The notes beneath the pieces are model-generated. The model worked only from the letters and a program-made list of their open reading frames with translations. It had not been told where the DNA came from and made no database searches. Positions 58,861 to 64,000 of a stretch of 64,000 nt of DNA are shown piece by piece (positions within the stretch are counted from its first letter, which is position 1; the number at the start of each line of letters is the position of its first letter). Made by a program: the position numbers and the translations under genes. The stretch lies in assembly GCA_040905465.1 (NCBI GenBank), contig JBBDRK010000017.1:1-64000 (forward strand), given 5' to 3'. This stretch comes from Trueperaceae bacterium. Lineage in GTDB: Bacteria > Deinococcota > Deinococci > Deinococcales > Trueperaceae.

Positions 58861-60447
58861 ATGTTTGACACGACAATAAGAAACGCGCTCATCGTCGACG
58901 GCACAGGGTCGCCGGCGTTCGAAGCGGATCTCGCGATTGAGGGCGGCCGTATCGCCGGGATCGGCACCGATCTGGCGGGTGGCAAGAGGGAGATAGACGC
59001 CGCCGGGCAGGTGGTGGCCCCCGGATTCATCGACATTCACTCGCATTCGGATTTCACTGTCCTCGTGGATCCGCTCTGTTCCAGCAAGATACGACAGGGA
59101 ATTACCACCGAGCTGAACGGCAACTGCGGATGGTCGGCGGCACCGTTGCGGGGTGAAGGTAAGAACTGGATCCAGGAAAAGGTCCGGCAACTGGGATTGG
59201 CGACGGAGTTCCCTTGGGACGACGTCAAAGGCTACCTGGACGCCCTCGAAGCGGCACGGCCGGCGATGAACATGGGAATCCTCGTCGGCTTCGGAAACCT
59301 GCGGGTGGGCGCCATGGGGTACGACGACCGTGCTGCAACCAACAGCGAGATCGGACTCATGCAGGCGGACCTGCGACAGGGGCTAGCCGACGGAGCGTTC
59401 GGGCTGTCGAGCGGCCTCTACTTCTCCCCGGAGAGCGCAGCCGAAGCAAGCGAGGTCGGCGCCGTCGCGAGCGTACTCCCGGAGTTCGGCGGCCTCTACA
59501 CCGCCCACATCCGCGACGAGGGCGCTCAATCGATAGGACTCCTGGCCGCTGTCGACGAGGCCATCGGAGTAGGGGTCGAAGCGGGTGTCCCTGTTCAGCT
59601 CTCGCACCTGAAGGCGTTGGGACCGAAGGCCTGGGGACTGGCAGGCGCGGTCCTGCAACGGATGAATGAGGCCCGTGCCAACGGCGTAAACGTAGCGGGT
59701 GACCAGTACCCCTACACCGAGACCGGGGGCAACCTCCACAGTGCCCTCGTCCCCAAGTGGGCGCTGGCAGGCGGAAGAGCAGGACTGACGAAACGGCTCG
59801 ACGATCCCGGGGACAGGGGGCGTATTCGCGAGGCCGTCAGCGGACTCTTTCCGCTCCGGGGAGGTCCCAGCCGTCTGATGGTGCGCGCCTGCGCCTTCGA
59901 CCGATCCTTGCAGGGCTCGACGATCAACGAGATCGCTGAAGACTGGAAGATTGCCCCGGAAGACGTCGTGCTGAAAATGCTGGAGCACGAGAACGTCAAG
60001 CTCATCTCGATGGCGTTGGACGAAGACGACGTGGAAACGTTCATGAAGGACCCGAACGTGATGATCTCCTCGGATGGCATGGTGCTGGCCGATACCGGTG
60101 TCCTCAGCGAAGTGCATACCCACCCGCGAACCTACGGAGCCTTCCCTCGAGTGCTGGCCGAGTACGTGCGCAAGCGCTCGGTCCTCACGCTGGAGAACGC
60201 CATACACAAGATGACCGGTCTCCCGGCGCGCCGCCTGGGGTTGGACGGGCGCGGCGAACTCCGGGAAGGCAACTGGGCGGACATCGTGATCCTGTCCGCG
60301 GAGGAAATTCAGGACCTGGCGACGCTACAGCGGCCTCATGTCTACCCGCGGGGAATCCAGCATGTCATCGTCAATGGGGTCATCGCCGTCGAAAACGGTA
60401 TGCAGAACACGGCGAGCGGCGGCCAGGTGCTACGCCATGCGGCTTGA
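58861..60447 (+). CDS. N-acyl-D-amino-acid deacylase family protein
   Basis: PGFIDIHSHSD, GNCG, HIRDE, SHLK, DQYPY, HPRTYG. GAGAGGA RBS. Confidence 0.9.
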   Translation: MFDTTIRNALIVDGTGSPAFEADLAIEGGRIAGIGTDLAGGKREIDAAGQVVAPGFIDIHSHSDFTVLVDPLCSSKIRQGITTELNGNCGWSAAPLRGEGKNWIQEKVRQLGLATEFPWDDVKGYLDALEAARPAMNMGILVGFGNLRVGAMGYDDRAATNSEIGLMQADLRQGLADGAFGLSSGLYFSPESAAEASEVGAVASVLPEFGGLYTAHIRDEGAQSIGLLAAVDEAIGVGVEAGVPVQLSHLKALGPKAWGLAGAVLQRMNEARANGVNVAGDQYPYTETGGNLHSALVPKWALAGGRAGLTKRLDDPGDRGRIREAVSGLFPLRGGPSRLMVRACAFDRSLQGSTINEIAEDWKIAPEDVVLKMLEHENVKLISMALDEDDVETFMKDPNVMISSDGMVLADTGVLSEVHTHPRTYGAFPRVLAEYVRKRSVLTLENAIHKMTGLPARRLGLDGRGELREGNWADIVILSAEEIQDLATLQRPHVYPRGIQHVIVNGVIAVENGMQNTASGGQVLRHAA

Positions 60448-60504
60448 AGTCCGCTACGACCCACTTGGTTCGACCACGACCAGCAGCCTCCGAAGGAGCA
60501 TGAG

Positions 60505-61218
60505 ATGAGTCAGGCACTGCCGGCGTTTCGCATCGAGCTGCGTGACAACCACGTAGAGGCCGACCTGCTCGACAAGCTCCGTCGGTTTCCGACGGCTCTC
60601 CTCTCCGACGCGATGTTCAAGCTCAACACCCTCGACTACCGGGTCAAACCGGTATGGCAGGTCCCCTATGTCCTGGGCGGACCGGCGTTGACGGTAAGGG
60701 TTCGGCCCGGCGACAACGCGATGTGCATGAAGGCTATCGAGCTCGCCCAAGTCGGCGACGTCATCGTCGTCCAGGACCATTGGGACACCACCCATTCCAT
60801 CTGGGGCGGGATAATGAGCCTGCTGGCCAAGAAGAAGGGCATCGCCGGACTTGTGACGGACGGGCTGGTCCGGGACACCGCCCAGATGCGAAACGCGGAC
60901 TTCCCCGTCTGGGCCAGGGGAACTACGCCCATCGCACCCTGCCGCAACGTGCCTCCCGGACAGATCGGAACGCAGATCGTTTGCGGCAACACCGCCATCA
61001 ACAGTGGCGATGTAGTGGTGGCCGACGAAGACGGCGTGGTGGTCGTGCCACGGAACGAGATTGCCGACGTCATAGCCGAAGCTGAAGCGCGCGAAGCCAA
61101 AGAGGACAAGTGGATCGAGCAGATCGAAAGGGGAGAGATGATCCTCGTCGACGCCGCCAACGAGCTGCTGGAGCGGAATGGCTGCGCGACAATCGACATG
61201 CGAGGCGGTAAATCGTGA
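60505..61218 (+). CDS. RraA-like / HMG aldolase family protein
   Basis: LSDAM, GPALTV, PGDN, WGG, DGLVRD, GDVVVADEDGV. Confidence 0.85.
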   Translation: MSQALPAFRIELRDNHVEADLLDKLRRFPTALLSDAMFKLNTLDYRVKPVWQVPYVLGGPALTVRVRPGDNAMCMKAIELAQVGDVIVVQDHWDTTHSIWGGIMSLLAKKKGIAGLVTDGLVRDTAQMRNADFPVWARGTTPIAPCRNVPPGQIGTQIVCGNTAINSGDVVVADEDGVVVVPRNEIADVIAEAEAREAKEDKWIEQIERGEMILVDAANELLERNGCATIDMRGGKS

Positions 61219-62003
61219 GGACGAACGAGCTCGCGCGAATGAGTTGGCCCGAAGCCGGGGAGGCTTTCCGTCAGGATCCGGTGGTGCTGATACCGATGGG
61301 CACCATCGAACAGCACGGACCGCACCTGCCGATGGCGGCGGACACGATAGTGGCGGAAACCGTCGCGCTTGCCGCGGCGTCGTCGACCGCGAGCGTGCTG
61401 ACGCCGGCGATTCCTTTCGGCTACTGCGCCAACTCCCGGAACTTTCCCGGTACGGTCACTCTGCCCTCGCAGTTGCTCGCCGAGCTGGTGCAGCATACGA
61501 TCGGAAGCCTCGCCCAGCACGGTGCGCGCCGGTTCATACTCGTCAACAACCATCGCAGCAACGCCGCGGCCGTCCAACACGGCGCCTACGAGCTCCGCTC
61601 GCGCAGGGACCTGCTGATCGGTTCCTTCTTTCCCTGGGGAACGATGATAGCCATCGCTCGTCAACGGTTCCCCGATCTCGGCGAGGCGATCGGGCACGGG
61701 GGCGAGCCGGAATCGAGCGTGATGGCTCATCTGCGGCCCAGAGACATCGGTACGGTTGCCGACGGCACCGCCCGCTCCTACTCGGACTTCCAGGGGCTGC
61801 CGATGAAGAGTGCGTCCGAAACGTTCATCGACGGTCATGTGGTGAACCTGTTCCGGGACCTGGATGAACTGACTCCATCCGGGGTGAACGGAGACCCGAC
61901 CCAGGGCGATGCCGACCGTGGGGCGGAGTTGCTGGAGCGCACCACACAGGTTCTCGTCTCGTTCATCGAAAAGTTTGCAGCCCTGAACCTGCGGCAGGCC
62001 TGA
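61215..62003 (+). CDS. creatininase family amidohydrolase
   Basis: PMGTIEQHGPHLPMAAD, FPGT, NNH..N, HGGEPES. Confidence 0.9.
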   Translation: MRTNELARMSWPEAGEAFRQDPVVLIPMGTIEQHGPHLPMAADTIVAETVALAAASSTASVLTPAIPFGYCANSRNFPGTVTLPSQLLAELVQHTIGSLAQHGARRFILVNNHRSNAAAVQHGAYELRSRRDLLIGSFFPWGTMIAIARQRFPDLGEAIGHGGEPESSVMAHLRPRDIGTVADGTARSYSDFQGLPMKSASETFIDGHVVNLFRDLDELTPSGVNGDPTQGDADRGAELLERTTQVLVSFIEKFAALNLRQA

Positions 62004-62023
62004 AGTGCCGCAGCGGAGGCAAA

Positions 62024-63589
62024 ATGCTCGATACCCTCTTTAAGGACACCCGAATCGTGGACGGCTCAGGCAATCCCTGGTTCCGCGGGGACGTGGGCGT
62101 GGACGCCGGCAGGATCTCAGCCGTAGGAGACCTGACCGGATCATCTGCCCGCTCGGTCGTCGACGCACACGATTCCTATCTGACGCCGGGATTCATCGAT
62201 GTCCACACTCACTCGGACTTTTCCTTGCCCGCCTTCCCGCGGGCGGAGAGCCTGATATCCCAGGGAATCACGACCGAAATCGTCGGCAACTGCGGGCTCA
62301 CGCCTCACCCCGTCGGCCCCGACCGCCTCGATCTGATCCAGAAGTACACGGCCTTCCTGGGCGCGAAAATGCCCTGGGACTGGTCCTCCACCGCCGAATT
62401 CCTCGGTTACCTCGAGTCGTTGCCGCTCAGCCACGACGTCGTGACCCTCGTCGGGCACGGGAGCATCCGGGTAGCCGTAATGGGATTCGACGACCGCGCG
62501 CCCACCGCCGGCGAGCTCGACCTGATGAAGAAGTACGTGGGCCAAGCCATGGAGGCCGGTGCCGCCGGGCTCTCTTCCGGCCTCATCTATGCTCCAGGGA
62601 GCTCCGCCGCCAGCGATGAACTGAGTGAGCTGTGCTCCGTGGTTCGCCGCTTTCGTGGCATCTATACCACCCACCTTCGAGACGAGTCCACAGGCTTGAT
62701 GTCCGCCGTCGAAGAGGCGCTGCAGATCGGCAAGAGTGCTGGAGTGCCGGTCCAGTTCTCGCACCACAAGGTGATGGGCGAGGCGAACTGGGGGTTGGTG
62801 CGGGAGAGCCTGGCGCGAATCGACCGGGCCCGGCGTGAGGGCCAGGACGTGACCCTCGACCAGTACCCTTACACCGGCTCGAGCACCACCTTCTCCGTCT
62901 TCCTTCCCGGCTGGGCGCTGGAAGGGGGCGTCGCGCGCCTGCTCGAGCGCCTCGGCGAGGAGGAGACCCGGCGTCGGATCGCCTTGGCCGCTCAAGGCAC
63001 TGACTGGAGCCAGGTTCTGATCGCCGGACTCGCCAGAGCCGAGCACAAGGAGTACGAGGGGCTGAGCATCCACCAGTTGGGAGCGGCATTGGGCAAGGAT
63101 CCGTTCGAAGCGGCCCTGGAACTGACTCTTGCCGAGGAAGGTCCCTTCTCGATCGTTCGCTTCGGCATGGCCGAGCAGGACGTGAAGTACGTCATGCGGC
63201 ACCCGCATGTGATGGTGGCCAGCGACGGCCACGCAATGTCACCCGAGCTGGGAGGCAAACCGCATCCCCGTAGCTACGGGACCTTCCCCCGGGTCCTCGG
63301 ACGCTATACCGATGCACTGGGTGGGCTCAGTCTGGAAGAGAGCGTGCGGAAGATGACCTCCCTGCCGGCCCAGCGCTTCGGGCTGTGGGACCGTGGACTG
63401 ATTCGGCCGGGCCAGCGCGCCGACCTCAACATGCTCAGCCCGACGATTTCGGATACCGCCACCTTCAACGACGCCCACTCCTACAGCCGCGGCGTCGAAA
63501 GCGTGCTGGTCAATGGCGAGCTTGTCTGGAACGAAGGTGGCGATACCGGTGCACGAGTCGGGAGGGTGGTCCGGAGTAGCCGTGCCTGA
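62024..63589 (+). CDS. N-acyl-D-amino-acid deacylase family protein (second)
   Basis: PGFIDVHTHSD, GNCG, HLRDE, SHHK, DQYPY, HPRSYG. Confidence 0.9.
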   Translation: MLDTLFKDTRIVDGSGNPWFRGDVGVDAGRISAVGDLTGSSARSVVDAHDSYLTPGFIDVHTHSDFSLPAFPRAESLISQGITTEIVGNCGLTPHPVGPDRLDLIQKYTAFLGAKMPWDWSSTAEFLGYLESLPLSHDVVTLVGHGSIRVAVMGFDDRAPTAGELDLMKKYVGQAMEAGAAGLSSGLIYAPGSSAASDELSELCSVVRRFRGIYTTHLRDESTGLMSAVEEALQIGKSAGVPVQFSHHKVMGEANWGLVRESLARIDRARREGQDVTLDQYPYTGSSTTFSVFLPGWALEGGVARLLERLGEEETRRRIALAAQGTDWSQVLIAGLARAEHKEYEGLSIHQLGAALGKDPFEAALELTLAEEGPFSIVRFGMAEQDVKYVMRHPHVMVASDGHAMSPELGGKPHPRSYGTFPRVLGRYTDALGGLSLEESVRKMTSLPAQRFGLWDRGLIRPGQRADLNMLSPTISDTATFNDAHSYSRGVESVLVNGELVWNEGGDTGARVGRVVRSSRA

Positions 63590-63610
63590 GCCCGGGAGCG
63601 AGGAGTACTC

Positions 63611-64000
63611 TTGAGCCGAGCTGAGTTCTGGAGCCGATTGCGCCACGACATCGAGCGGCGGGTCGACGCCTTCGACGGAGTCGCCGGGGTAGCACTCGCC
63701 GACCTTTCCTCCGGTGAGCGGTTGGAGGTGAGAGGGGCGGAGCGGTTCCCTTCCGCCTCGACGATCAAGATCCACCTGCTCGCGGCCCTCGTGCAACTAC
63801 ACCAGGACGGTGTTGTCGACCTCGACGAGCGTGTCCGGGTCACGGGCGGGGTGCCTGGATCCGCGGTCCTCGGTTGCCTCGACGATCTCGTCGAGCTCAC
63901 ATGGCGTGATGTCGCCAACCTGATGATCATGGTTTCCGACAACACCGCTACCAACTTGATCATCGACCACATCGGCCTGGAGCGGATGGCGGAGTTTCTC
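63611..64000 (+). CDS. serine hydrolase, class A beta-lactamase-like fold (partial, runs off the window)
   Basis: TTG start after AGGAG. FPSASTIK (SxxK) and MIMVSDNTATN (SDN). Not in the ORF track. Confidence 0.85.
   Translation, partial: MSRAEFWSRLRHDIERRVDAFDGVAGVALADLSSGERLEVRGAERFPSASTIKIHLLAALVQLHQDGVVDLDERVRVTGGVPGSAVLGCLDDLVELTWRDVANLMIMVSDNTATNLIIDHIGLERMAEFL

Noticed and set aside
63611-64000. calling the last gene a true antibiotic-resistance beta-lactamase
   Set aside because: It is partial, has no signal peptide and sits in a catabolic operon. SxxK/SDN alone does not establish beta-lactamase activity.

Overview
High-GC bacterial window. The host is inferred to be Deinococcota/Trueperaceae-like, from a Thermus-type AbrB remnant, several apparently leaderless genes and 'ALAQ'-type signal peptides. 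It is a strongly accessory, eroding region. No tRNA, rRNA, CRISPR array, transposase or integrase was recognised. Four kinds of content alternate. (1) Candidate conflict/defence modules: a lower-GC HipA-like kinase + DUF3037 couple, a TOTE-type primase-SF2 helicase fusion, an HTH + nucleotidyltransferase pair, a TM0106-family nuclease-helicase, an AAA_14/DUF4143 ATPase and a BREX-type ATPase remnant. (2) About ten toxin-antitoxin modules or remnants, including a hicBA pair, missed by the ORF track, in which both genes carry an amber stop. (3) Four catabolic ABC-transporter operons, none with an ATPase gene, linked to peptidases, enolase-superfamily dehydratases, RraA-like proteins, D-aminoacylases, a creatininase-family hydrolase and a serine hydrolase. 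(4) Many truncated or internally deleted genes joined at abrupt junctions, several with a few bases of microhomology, including two differently deleted copies of one ancestral dehydrogenase locus. All product calls come from reading motifs by eye; no database searches were run.
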